This document shows, piece by piece, positions 1-10,700 of a stretch of 64,000 bases of DNA. The notes beneath the pieces are model-generated. The model was not told where the DNA came from. It worked only from the letters and a program-made list of their open reading frames with translations, and ran no database searches. The stretch is from NCBI GenBank assembly GCA_963782055.1, contig CAWAIF010000003.1, forward strand, positions 3,264,001 to 3,328,000. The letters are read 5' to 3'. The stretch comes from an uncultured delta proteobacterium. GTDB lineage: Bacteria > Myxococcota_A > Polyangia > Polyangiales > Polyangiaceae. The translations under genes were made by a program, and so were the position numbers. Positions within the stretch are counted from its first letter, which is position 1; every line of letters starts with the position of its first letter.

Positions 1-1
1 C

Positions 2-1024
2 GTGCCCGGGACGAGCGGGCCGTACCTCCTGCAGGAGGGCAAGGACGTGGTGACGCGGCTGGACCCCGCGCAGCCGTGGAAGGCGCGCTCCAGCTGGAGC
101 GTCGGGCTGGGCGATCAGAAGGATGGCGGGGAGAGCTACGCCGACCCGGTGCAGGTGGTGCAGGTCGCGCCGGACAAGGCGTACGTGCTCCGCTACAACC
201 GCAACGCCATCGCCGTCATCGACCCGTCCGCCGACGTGGACGGCGGCGCGCCGAAGGGGACGATCGACCTCTCCGCGCTGCAGCAGCCGAACGACGGCGA
301 CGGCCACGTCGACATGTCCGGCGCCGTCTACGACGCCACCCGCCACCGGCTCTACGTCACGCTGGCGAACATCGACGTCAACGACGTCGACCCGCAGGGC
401 TACTTCCTGCTGTGCGCGGGCACCAAGAGCACGCTCGTCGCCATCGACACGACGACCGACGCCCTGGTCGACCTGGGCGGCGCGGGTCCGGGCGGCGGCG
501 TGGTGCTCGACGGCTACGCCCCGCAGATGGGCATCCTGGGCGGGCTCATCCTCGACGAGCCGAACCATCGCGTCCTGGTCTTCGACACCGGGTGCAACCA
601 GCCGGGCGACGCCGGCCCGAGCGGGCTCGTCGGCCGGCTGATCGAGTCGGTGGATCTGGACACCAACGGCCTGGCCGTGCTCCTCGACGCCACGCTGCAG
701 GACTACCCGGGGCAGCTCGTCTACCAGGACGCCCACCACGCGATCGTCCAGTTCGGCTTCGGTGCGTTCGCGAAGACGTACCGGTGGGACCCGACGACCA
801 CCACGCTCGGTGCGCCGCTCGGCGTCGCGCCGGACCTCTTCGCGCTGGACCTCGCGGGCGGGCGCATCGTCGGCCCGCGGTCCACGACCGCCGCCGACGG
901 CGGGGCGGGGCCGCGCCCCGTCATCGGCGTGGACGTCGGCGACGGCGGCGTCAGCCAGCTCGCCGACGATCCCTTCCTGGAGCCGGGCGGCTACTTCGGG
1001 GACGTCCTGTACTACGCCCCGTGA
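2..1024 (+). CDS. Hypothetical secreted/lipoprotein, beta-propeller-like (5' end outside window)
   Basis: Open from the window edge with strong GC3 bias. Repeated beta-strand blades (KAYVLRY, RLYVTLAN, RVLVFDTG) and 'DAG/DGG' linkers typical of myxobacterial exported proteins. Confidence 0.6.
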   Translation: MPGTSGPYLLQEGKDVVTRLDPAQPWKARSSWSVGLGDQKDGGESYADPVQVVQVAPDKAYVLRYNRNAIAVIDPSADVDGGAPKGTIDLSALQQPNDGDGHVDMSGAVYDATRHRLYVTLANIDVNDVDPQGYFLLCAGTKSTLVAIDTTTDALVDLGGAGPGGGVVLDGYAPQMGILGGLILDEPNHRVLVFDTGCNQPGDAGPSGLVGRLIESVDLDTNGLAVLLDATLQDYPGQLVYQDAHHAIVQFGFGAFAKTYRWDPTTTTLGAPLGVAPDLFALDLAGGRIVGPRSTTAADGGAGPRPVIGVDVGDGGVSQLADDPFLEPGGYFGDVLYYAP

Positions 1025-1071
1025 CGCGCGCCGCGCCGCAACCGTCGGCGCGCGGCGCGCGTATCCCCCGC

Positions 1072-2715
1072 ATGAACCGCATCGCCGCCGCGGCGCTCGC
1101 GTCCTGCCTCGCGGCCTGCGCGGCCTGCACGCCCGGGGCGGCGCCTCCACCGCGCGCCGCCGTCGCGCCGCCTGCTCGCGTCCCGTTCGAGGCCCGGTGG
1201 GACGCCACGCCGAAGGCCCCGCTGGCCTGGAGCGACTTCACCCCCGCGACCTTCACGCGCGCCAGGGCGGTCGGGCGGTTCGTCGTGCTGGATGGATTTG
1301 CCGAGTGGTGCCACTGGTGCCACGTGATGGAGGCGGTCACCTACCACGACCCCGCCGTGCGAGAGATCCTCGACGCGCACTTCGTCGCCGCCAAGGTGGA
1401 CGTGGACGCGCGGCCGGACATCGAGGAGCGCTACGACGCGTGGGGCTGGCCGGCGACGGTCATCTTCACGCCGGACGGGCGCGAGCTCGGCAAGTACCGC
1501 GGCTTCATCCCACCCGAGCGCTTCCGCGAGATCCTGGAGGCGGTCGTCGCCGCCGGGGTGCCGCAGCCGGGGGTCGCGCGGCCCCAGGCGCCGCCGGTCT
1601 CCGACGAGCCGCTGCCGGAGGAGGAGATCACGTGGATCGCCCGGGCCGCCGCGCTGGACCTGGACGACTACTGGGACCGAGAGCAGGGGAGCTGGGGCCA
1701 CGGGCAGAAGGTGCCCCTCTACATGACCAACGAGTGGGCGCTGATGCGCGCCCGCGGCGGCGACGCACGCCAGAAGAAGCGGGTGCTCTTCTCGCTCGAC
1801 CAGGAGACGAAGATCATCGACCCGGTGTGGGGCGGCGTCGACCAGTACTCCACCGACGGCGACTGGGAGCACCCGCACTACGAGAAGCTGATGGCCTTCA
1901 ACGCAGGCGCCATCGCCAACTTCAGCGAGGCGTACGCGCTCACCGGCGAGGCGAAGTACCTGGACGTGGCGAGGCGCGTCGTGGGCTACGTCGACCGCTT
2001 CCTCTCCGGGCCGGACGGCGGCTTCTACACGACGCAGGACGCCGACCTGAACGCCCACGCGCCCGGGAAGCCCTTCATGACCGGTCACGACTACTACGCG
2101 AAGGGGGAGGCGGAGCGGCTGCGCCTCGGCGTGCCGCGCGTGGACACGCACGAGTACCCGCGCGAGAACGGAATGGCCATCGTTGCATATTGCAAGTATT
2201 TCGCGGCGAGCCACCACGCCGCCGCGCTGGAGCGCGCGAAGAAGGCCGCCGGGCACCTGCTCGCCACGCACATGACGCCCTCGGGGACGCTCGCCCACGA
2301 CGCCGACCCCGCCGCGCGCGTCACCTTCCTCTCCGACAACGCGCAGTTCGCCTGGGGTCTCCTCGCCCTCGCCCAGGCGACCGGGGACGCGTCGTGGCGC
2401 GCGAAGGCGGCGGCCATCGCCGGCGTGGTGATGCGCACCATGCAGGACGATCGCGGCGGCGGCTTCTTCGCGCAGACCGCCGACCCCGACGCCGTGGGGG
2501 TCTTCGCGCGCCGCCGGCGCCCCTTCGAGGACAACGTGGTGATGGTGCGCGTGCTCGCCGCGCTCGCGCGGGCGTCGGCCGAGGAGCCGCCGGAGATGCG
2601 TCGCGCCATCCGCCACACCCTGCGCTCCCTCGCCACGCCGGACCGGGTGAAGGCCCGCGGCCGCTACGTCGGCGACCTCCTCATGGCGCTGCACGAGACG
2701 CAGGGCGTGAGGTGA
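1072..2715 (+). CDS. Thioredoxin-domain protein, DUF255/YyaL(SSP411) family, with lipoprotein-like signal
   Basis: AEWCHWCHVME motif, KVDVDARPDI, GWPATVIFTPDG, WEHPHYEKL. The ATG at 1072 begins a signal-like sequence; the ORF extension from 76 is spurious. Confidence 0.85.
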   Translation: MNRIAAAALASCLAACAACTPGAAPPPRAAVAPPARVPFEARWDATPKAPLAWSDFTPATFTRARAVGRFVVLDGFAEWCHWCHVMEAVTYHDPAVREILDAHFVAAKVDVDARPDIEERYDAWGWPATVIFTPDGRELGKYRGFIPPERFREILEAVVAAGVPQPGVARPQAPPVSDEPLPEEEITWIARAAALDLDDYWDREQGSWGHGQKVPLYMTNEWALMRARGGDARQKKRVLFSLDQETKIIDPVWGGVDQYSTDGDWEHPHYEKLMAFNAGAIANFSEAYALTGEAKYLDVARRVVGYVDRFLSGPDGGFYTTQDADLNAHAPGKPFMTGHDYYAKGEAERLRLGVPRVDTHEYPRENGMAIVAYCKYFAASHHAAALERAKKAAGHLLATHMTPSGTLAHDADPAARVTFLSDNAQFAWGLLALAQATGDASWRAKAAAIAGVVMRTMQDDRGGGFFAQTADPDAVGVFARRRRPFEDNVVMVRVLAALARASAEEPPEMRRAIRHTLRSLATPDRVKARGRYVGDLLMALHETQGVR

Positions 2716-2724
2716 AGGGGCGCG

Positions 2725-3750
2725 CTACCTCAGCGCATTCCAGTCCAGGATGCGGACCGTCCTGCGGGAGATCCTGTACTCGATGCTCCGGTGCAGTCCC
2801 ACGGCGTCGCCGCCGATCTCCAGCGCCATCGGCCGGGAGAAGGTCATCCGCACGGCGGTGGTGAACCAGTCGTGCATTCCGCGCAGCGGGAAGCGTCCCA
2901 CCCAGAGGTCAGGGATGTCCTTGATCGCCGCCGGGGCAGACCGTTCGTAGATGCGTACGTTGAGCATGCCGAGGAAGCGCTCGGCGAAGGGGTAGGCACG
3001 GAAGTGGTAGCCGAACTCGCGGCAGGTGGCGGCGCCGGCCACGCTGGCGAGGCCGTCGTAGAGGACCGCGCCGTAGCCCAGGTCGTCCAGCCGGCGCAGG
3101 CGGCCCTGGGGTGTCAGCGTGTAGACCTCGTCGCCCAGGTTCTCGACGAGGACGTGCGGGCGCCCGAAGAGCAGCGTCTTCGGCGCGGTGCGCAGCAGCA
3201 TCGCCGAGAGGTAGCCGTACACGCTCCTGGCGAAGAGGCGCGGCGGCCCCTTCGACGCGGCGAGCTGCTGCTTGTAGTCGTCCAGGATCTGCGCGTCCCA
3301 CCCGCACCCGGCGAAGTGCGTCAGCGTCCCCATGCAGTCCACCAGCCCGAAGCGTCGCGTGGGCAGGGGGCGTGACTCGGGGTAGGCGTCCTGCAGCCTC
3401 GCCAGCAGGTCCAGGCACGCGGCGAGCTTGGGAGCGCCGACGGTGTTCGCCCACGCGTTGCCGGTGCCCAGCTTGAGCACGCCGACGATGGGCAGCTCGG
3501 CGCCCCGCGGCACCACGTGGTCCAGCGCGTTCACCAGGCCGATGACGGTGCCGTCGCCGCCCGCGGCGAAGATGACGCGCGGCACGTCGTCGTGACCGAG
3601 CAGCTCCTTCAGCCACACCGAGATCTCGCCCTGGTTGCGGGTGAGTCGCACGCGCGCGCGCGGGAGCATCCGGCCGATCTGCACCGCCACACGCCGCCCG
3701 CCGCGCTTGGCGTTGGCGTTGACCAGGATGGCGATCCCGCGTCCGCTCAC
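2725..3750 (-). CDS. Diacylglycerol kinase (DAGK-cat) family lipid kinase
   Basis: ILVNANA, AAGGDGT, LKLGTGNAWA, FAGCGWDA, EIGGD motifs. GTG start overlaps the stop of the upstream acyltransferase. Confidence 0.85.
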   Translation of the reverse strand: MSGRGIAILVNANAKRGGRRVAVQIGRMLPRARVRLTRNQGEISVWLKELLGHDDVPRVIFAAGGDGTVIGLVNALDHVVPRGAELPIVGVLKLGTGNAWANTVGAPKLAACLDLLARLQDAYPESRPLPTRRFGLVDCMGTLTHFAGCGWDAQILDDYKQQLAASKGPPRLFARSVYGYLSAMLLRTAPKTLLFGRPHVLVENLGDEVYTLTPQGRLRRLDDLGYGAVLYDGLASVAGAATCREFGYHFRAYPFAERFLGMLNVRIYERSAPAAIKDIPDLWVGRFPLRGMHDWFTTAVRMTFSRPMALEIGGDAVGLHRSIEYRISRRTVRILDWNALR

Positions 3751-4463
3751 AGCCGGCTCGCGATGGCCTCGCGCACGTCCGCCATGAGGCGGTCGCGGCC
3801 TGTCTTTCCCCCCATGGCGACGTAGGGGGCCACGTCGATGGGCGGCGCGATGCTCACGCGCACCGGGATGCCGGAGCGCGACCTCACCTTGTCCGCGGGC
3901 AGCACGTCGCGCGTGCCCTGGATGGCGACGGGGAGGATCGGGAAGCCCACCTGCAGCGCGACGGCGAAGCCGCCCTTCTTGAGGGGGCCGAGCTCGCCGG
4001 TGCGGCTGCGCGTCCCCTCCGGCGCGATCCACACGTTGACGCCTCCGCGGAGGACCTCCTGCGCCTCCTGCAAGCTCGCCACCGCGCGGTGGCGGTTCTT
4101 GCGGTCGATGGCGATGAACCCCGCCTCGCGCATCGCCTTGCCGAAGACCGGGACGCGAAAGAGCTCCACCTTGGTCACCATGCGCAGGTTGCCGCCGAGG
4201 ATGTGGAACAGGACGGGGATGTCGTAGTGCGACTGGTGGTTGCTCATCACCACGTAGGTCCCGGCGGGATCGTAGTGCTCGCTGCCCTCCACCGTGAGCT
4301 CCATGCCGGCGTTGGCGACGATGCGGTGGCCCCACCCCAGGAGGCGCTCGTCGCAGGCACGCTTGGTCACCCGCCCGAGGGCGGCGTCCACCACCGTGGG
4401 CCACGAGATGGCGAGCGTCTCGTAGACGTTCCGTAGCGACAGGGCGAGCGATCTCGAGGGCAT
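3747..4463 (-). CDS. plsC: 1-acyl-sn-glycerol-3-phosphate acyltransferase (PlsC family)
   Basis: SNHQSHYD (HX4D), FIAIDR, APEGTRS motifs. Confidence 0.85.
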   Translation of the reverse strand: MPSRSLALSLRNVYETLAISWPTVVDAALGRVTKRACDERLLGWGHRIVANAGMELTVEGSEHYDPAGTYVVMSNHQSHYDIPVLFHILGGNLRMVTKVELFRVPVFGKAMREAGFIAIDRKNRHRAVASLQEAQEVLRGGVNVWIAPEGTRSRTGELGPLKKGGFAVALQVGFPILPVAIQGTRDVLPADKVRSRSGIPVRVSIAPPIDVAPYVAMGGKTGRDRLMADVREAIASRL

Positions 4464-4713
4464 GCGTGCCGTAGCATAGTGGCGTTTGGCCCGGTGGACA
4501 CCGCTTGCAACCCGTGGCGTGGCCCCGTACCATCGAAACCCCGCAAGGGCGCAAAGCGCCGGTTTTCCTTGCGGTTTCCTTCGGTTTGCCGCGCCGTCGT
4601 CAGCCCCTGCCGCAGCCCGGGGCTCGCGCCTGCTCGCGCGACCGCTTCGCATCGCGCTTCGCTTTGGACGTGGTCGCTTCCGGAGTCTCCCAAACCTGCG
4701 CACAAGGTGATGG

Positions 4714-7700
4714 ATGAGCAGCGCATCGATGATTCGTACGGCCCTGGGTCAGCTGCAGGACGACCCGGACAACGAGCAGGCTTACCTTGACCTCAAGAAC
4801 GCGCTGGCCGAGGGCCCCGTCGAGGGGATGTCGGCCGACGAGGTGCGGTCCCTCCTGGGGTCCGCGCGCCGCGCTCACGAGATGCGGAGGGAGTACGACG
4901 CGGTCGCCTCCCTCCTGGAGCTGGAGGTCCTGCTCGCCCAGGGCGCCGACGCCGAGGCCCCGCTGCTCGCCGAGCTGGCGCGGGTCGTGGACGAGGAGCT
5001 CTTCGACGACGCCCGCGCGGCCGACTTCTACAAGCGCATCCTGACGCTCACGCCGAGCGACCAGGCCGCCGAGGAGGCGCTCGAGCGCTCCGACGCCAAG
5101 CGCTCCAAGTGGAACAATCTGGTGGTGCGCTACGTCGAGGAGGCGGGCGCCGCGGGCGAGCCGACCTTCAAGAGCTCGCTGCTGGTCAGCGCGGCGGAGG
5201 TCGCCTACCGCTACGGCCGCGCGGCGGTCGCGGGGGAGAAGGGCGCGAAGAAGAAGCTCGCCGCCCTCAACCAGGAGATCGTGTCGCGCCTCAAGGAGGC
5301 GCTGGACATCGACCCGAAGAGCCGGCGCGCCGGGGCGCTCCTGGAGCGCATCTACCGCGAGGCGGAGCGCTGGGACGACCTGGCGAGCCTGCTGGAGCGC
5401 GTCGCCACCGAGGCGAGCGCCAAGGAGGAGAAGACCGCGGGCTTCGTGCGCCTGGCGCGCGTGCTCACCAAGAAGCTGGGGTCGCCGGAGCGCGCGGTCG
5501 CGGCGTACGAGCGCGTGCTGGACCTCTCGCCGGGCCAGTCGGAGGCGGTGAGCTTCCTCGTCGACTTCTTCACGGCCAAGGAGATGTGGGATCACCTCGT
5601 CGCCCTGTACGAGGAGCAGCTCGCGGCGAGCGCCAAGACCGGTCAGCAGGACGTCGGCGCGGTGCTCCAGGTGGCGATGGTGCACTGGAAGATGCGCGGC
5701 AAGCCGGAGGCGGCGGAGCCCTACTTCGAGAAGCTCCGCAAGGCGGAGCCGGCGCATCCGGGGATGCTCGGCTTCTTCCGCGAGCTGCTCGGCCAGCGCG
5801 GCGATCACCTGCGCCTGGTGCAGATCCTCACCGACGCGCAGCGAGCGCTGCCCGACGGCTTCGCCCGGTCGCAGATCGCGACCGAGCTGGCGAAGCTCGC
5901 GGAGGAGGGCGCCAACGCCACCAAGGCCATCGAGCAGTGGAGGGCCATCCTGCGGCAGGACCCTGGCCACCAGGAGGCGCGCGACGCGCTGAAGCGGCTG
6001 TACCGCGAGACGGGCGGGTGGAACCACCTGGTCGACCTGCTGCGCGGCGAGCTGGAGAAGGTGGGCGCGGAGGACACGGCGCGGCTGCCCGTGCTGCGCG
6101 AGGTCGCCGGCATCTACCGCGAGCACGTCAAGAACGACTCTTCGCTCGTCTCGGTGCTCACGCAGATCACCACCCTCGATCCCACCGACGCCGAGGCCTA
6201 CCGCGAGCTGGTCCGCGTCTACGACGCGCTCGGCCGCGTGCGCGACCTGCTCGCCGCGCAGAGCAAGCTCGCCGAGATCGAAGAGGAGCCGAGCGTGCGC
6301 GCCGAGCTGTACCGGCAGGTGGCGCGCCGCTGGCTCGACCAGTTCTCCAACGTGCAGAACGCCATCGAGGGCTTCGAGAAGCTCCACGAGACCGCCCCCG
6401 ACGACCGCGAGGCGATCGACAGGCTCAAGGAGCTGTACGCCAAGCGCAGGGCGTACAAGCCGCTCTTCGACCTCCTCGAGCACGAGGCCGCCGCGATGGG
6501 GGCTGGCCCGGAGCGCCGGGAGCTCTGGCAGGAGATGGCCAAGCTCGCCGCCGACAGGCTGGACCGCGGGCCGGACGCCGTGCGCCTGTACAAGCAGGTG
6601 ATCGACGAGGACCCCGGCGCCACCGCGGCGCTCGATGCGCTGGAGAAGCAGGCGGAGCGCGACAAGGACTACGCGACGGTGGCGGAGGTGCTCGAGCGTC
6701 GCGTGGAGGGCGCTGAGGACGATCTGGCCAAGCTCGCGGTGCTGCAGAAGCTCGGCGCCATCTACAGCGAGCGCCTCTCCGATCACGCCGGCGCCATGCG
6801 CACCTGGCAGCGCGTGCTGCAGCTCTCGCCGGGGCACCCCAAGGCGCTGCGCGTCCTCCGCGACAGCTACCTCGCCACCGCCGACTACGACGGCCTGACG
6901 GACCTGTTCGCCGCCTCCTCCGACTGGGAGGGCCTCGCCGAGGTGCTCTCCAACGCGGCCGACCGCGCCACCGACGCCGCGGCGAAGGTGGAGCTCTCCT
7001 ACCGCGCGGCCGATGTCTACGAGCAGAGGATCAGCGCGCCCGAGCGCGCCTTCCGCGCCTACGAGCGCGTGCTCTCGGTGCGGCCGGACGACGAGCGCGC
7101 CGCCCGCGCGCTCATCCCCCTCTACGAGAACGACGAGAAGTGGGCGCGGCTCCCGGTGCTCTACGAGGTGCTCTTCGGGCACGCCGCGTCGGAGCAGGAC
7201 AAGCTCCAGATCCTGGACAAGCTGGTGGACATCACCGGCGAGAACCTGCAGGACCGCGCCGCCGCCTTCCGCTACGCGCAGCGCGCGTACGAGCTCGCGC
7301 CGGGGCGGGAGGATGCCCTCGCTCGCTTCGAGACCGCCGCCGTGCGCTCGGGCGAGTGGCCGGCCTTCGTCGCCGCGGTGGAGGCGCGCCTGGGTCAGAA
7401 GAAGCTGCCGAAGGAGGAGAAGCGCGCGCTCAAGGCCAAGATCGCCGAGACGTACGCCACGCAGCTCGGTCGCGTCGACGAGGCGGTCGCCGCCTACAAG
7501 GCGCTGGTGGAGGAGGACGAGCAGGACGAGGAGGCGATGGCCACGCTCGACCGCATCCTCCGCAGCGCGGACCGCCGCGAGGATCTGCGCTGGCTCTACG
7601 AGCTGCGCGTCACGCGCGCCAACACCTCGGCGAAGCTGGAGCTCCTCTCCGAGTGGGCGACGATCGAAGAGGAGGCGCTGGGCGCGCCCGACCGCGCCAT

Positions 7701-10700
7701 CGCGCTGCACCGCCGCGTGCTGGAGATCGTGCCGCAGCACGGGCGCTCGCTGCGCGCGCTGTCCCGCCTGCTGCAGGGCTCCGGCGACGCCGAGGAGGCC
7801 GCGGCGATGCTGCTGCGCGACCGCGATCAGCGCGAGGGCAAGGAGCGCGCGCAGCGCGAGATCGAGCTGGCCCGCCTCTACATGGGCTCCCTCAAGCAGC
7901 CGAACGAGGCGCTGGAGGCGATCAAGCGCGCACTGGAGCTCGTCCCCGGCGACGCGGTCGCGGTGGGCGTGCTGGAGGAGCTGCTCTCCGTCGCCGAGAC
8001 GCGGGCGAAGGCGGCGGCCCTGCTGGAGAAGCACTACGGCGAGTCCGGCGAGGGCGAGAAGCGGGCGCAGGTGATCGAGGTGCTGATCGCCACCGCCGCG
8101 GCCAAGGGCGACCGGCTGGACCTGTACAACCGCCTCATCGAGGTGCAGGAGGGGCTGGGCAACACGGAGGCGGCGTTCGACGTCGGCGTGCGCGCCACCG
8201 ACGAGTTCCCCGGCGATCTGCCGACATGGGACCGCCTCTCGGTGCTCGCCAACCGCACCGGGCGCATGCAGGCCTTCGTCGACGCGCTGACGCGCGCGGT
8301 GCCGCTCGACGGCTCGACCAACCTGTCCGCCTCGGTGGAGGTGGACCTCGCCGAGCGCATCGCCACCCTCCACGACGACATGGGCGAGCTGGATCGCGCG
8401 CGGCCTTACCTCGAGCGCGTGCTCGCCCGCGATCCCGCCAACGAGCGCGCCTTCGGCCGGCTGAAGCAGATCCTCACCTCGCTGGAACGCTGGGAGGACC
8501 TGGAGGCGCTCTACGAGCGCGCGGTCAACGGCGCGCCGGACCCGGTGCGGCAGGCCGAGCTGCTCGCCGAGGTGGCGCTGGTGGCCGAGGAGATCACCGG
8601 CGATCACCCCAAGGCGATCCAGTACTACGAGCGCATCCTGGAGATCGACCCGCTGCACGACCAGGCCACGCGGGCGCTGGAGACGCTCTACGCGCTGCAG
8701 GATCGCTGGGACAACCTGGGCGCGCTGCTCACGCGGCGTCTGGAGGGGGCGGTGGGCGAGGAGGCCCTCGGCCTGCGGCTGCGCCTGGGCAAGCTCTACT
8801 CCCTGCAGCTCAACGACCCGGAGGCCGCGCACGAGCACCTCGACGCGGTGCTGCAGGCGGACCCGGAGAGCCGCGACGCGCGCGAGCTCGTGGAGAAGAG
8901 CCTCGAGCTGCCGGCGCTGCGCGCGCGGGCGGCGGTGACGCTCGAGACCGTGTACGTGGCGCAGGACGCCTGGCGCGATCTGGTGCGCGTGCTGGAGGTC
9001 CGCACCGAGACGGCCGAAAACGACGAGGATCGCGCCGAGCTGCTCCGCCGCATCGCCGAGCTGCAGGACGACCGGCTGAACGAGGACGTGAGCGCGCTGG
9101 ACACCTACGCCAAGCTGGTGCCCCTCGCGCCGGACGACGAGCGCGCGCGCACGCGGCTCATGGAGATCGCGCGTCGCGTCGGGGCGCACGAGCAGGCCGC
9201 CGAGGTGCTGGCGAAGGCCGCCGCCGTGGCCTCGTCCCCGCAGCCGAAGGGCGAGATCCTGATGGCCGTCGCCCGCATCTACGAGGACCTCCTCGACGAC
9301 TCGACGAAGGCGGAGGCCGTGTTCCGGCAGGTGCTGGAGATCGACGGCGGCGACGCGACGCTCCAGCTCCCGGCGGCGCGCGCGCTCGAGCGCATCTACG
9401 CCGCGGCCGACCGGCCGAAGGACGTCGCGCAGATGATCCGCACGCTGGTCAAGCTGGAGGACGACGCCGACGCGCGGCGCGAGCTGTGGGGCCGCCTGGG
9501 CGAGCTCTGCGAGACCTCGCTGGACGACGCCGCCGGCGCGATCGAGGCGTGGCGCGCCCGCCTGGACGACGACCCGGGAGACGAGCAGGCGCTCGCCGCG
9601 CTGGACCGGCTCTACGAGCGCACCGGCGACCACAAGGCGCTGGTGGAGATCCTGCGCGCGCGCGAGCACGTCGCCACCGACGGCGATGCTCGCAAGACGT
9701 TCATGACGCGGCTCGCCGTCACGCTGGCGGAGAAGCTCAGCGACGTGAACGAGGCCATCCTCGCCTACCGCGCGGTGCTCGACGACTTCGGCGCGGAGCG
9801 CGCCGTCCTCGGCCCGCTGGCGCAGCTCTACGAGGTCTCGGATCGCTGGGACGACCTCGCCGAGACGCTGGAGGCCGACCTGGCGATGGCCGACGCGCCG
9901 GCGGATCGTCTGGTGCTGCTCGCCCGGCTGGGTGAGGTGCGCGCCGGCAAGCTGAGCGACCTGGACGGCGCGCTGGAGGCGTACCGCCAGGCGTTGACGC
10001 TGGAGCCAAGCCACGCCGAGAGCCGCAAGGCGCTCGAGGCGCTGCTCGACGACGAGAACGCGCGCCGCGACGCCGCGCAGATCCTCCGCCCCCTCTACGA
10101 GGCGGACGGGGAGAACGGCAAGCTGCTGCGCGTGCTGGACATCGAGGCGGCGCACGCCGACTCGCCCATCGAGACGCTGGCGATCCTCGCGCAGGCGGTC
10201 GTCGTCGCCGAGCAGTCCCTCTCCGACGTGAGCAAGGCGTTCGACTACTCCGCGCGCGGCCTGGAGGAGGCCGTCGCCGAGGCCGAGCTGCCGCAGTGGC
10301 TGGAGCGCACCGAGCGCCTCGCCGAGGCGTCCGGGCGCCACGCCGATTTCGTCGGGCTGCTGAAGAAGGTGGCGCCGGAGATCCTGGACGAGAACGTCCA
10401 GCTCGACGTGATGCTCAAGGTGGCGGAGCTGGCGCGTACCAAGGTGATGAGCGCCGACGACGCGCGCGAGTACTACGAGAAGGCCCTCGCCATCCGCGGC
10501 GACGACCGTCGCGCCCTGCAGGCGCTGGAGGAGCTGTACGCCGAGAAGGGCGATCACCCTGCGCTGCTCGACATCCTCAAGCGTCGCGCCGAGTCGGCGG
10601 AGGAGCCGGAGGACCGCAAGACCTTCCTCTACAAGCAGGCCAAGCTGTGCGACGAGGCGCTGGGCGATCAGGCCGCGGCGATCGACACCTACGAGCAGAT

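Noticed and set aside
4494..4510. Sigma54 promoter upstream of the giant TPR gene (TGGACACCGCTTGCA)
   Set aside because: GG-to-GC spacing is 9 nt, not the required 10.
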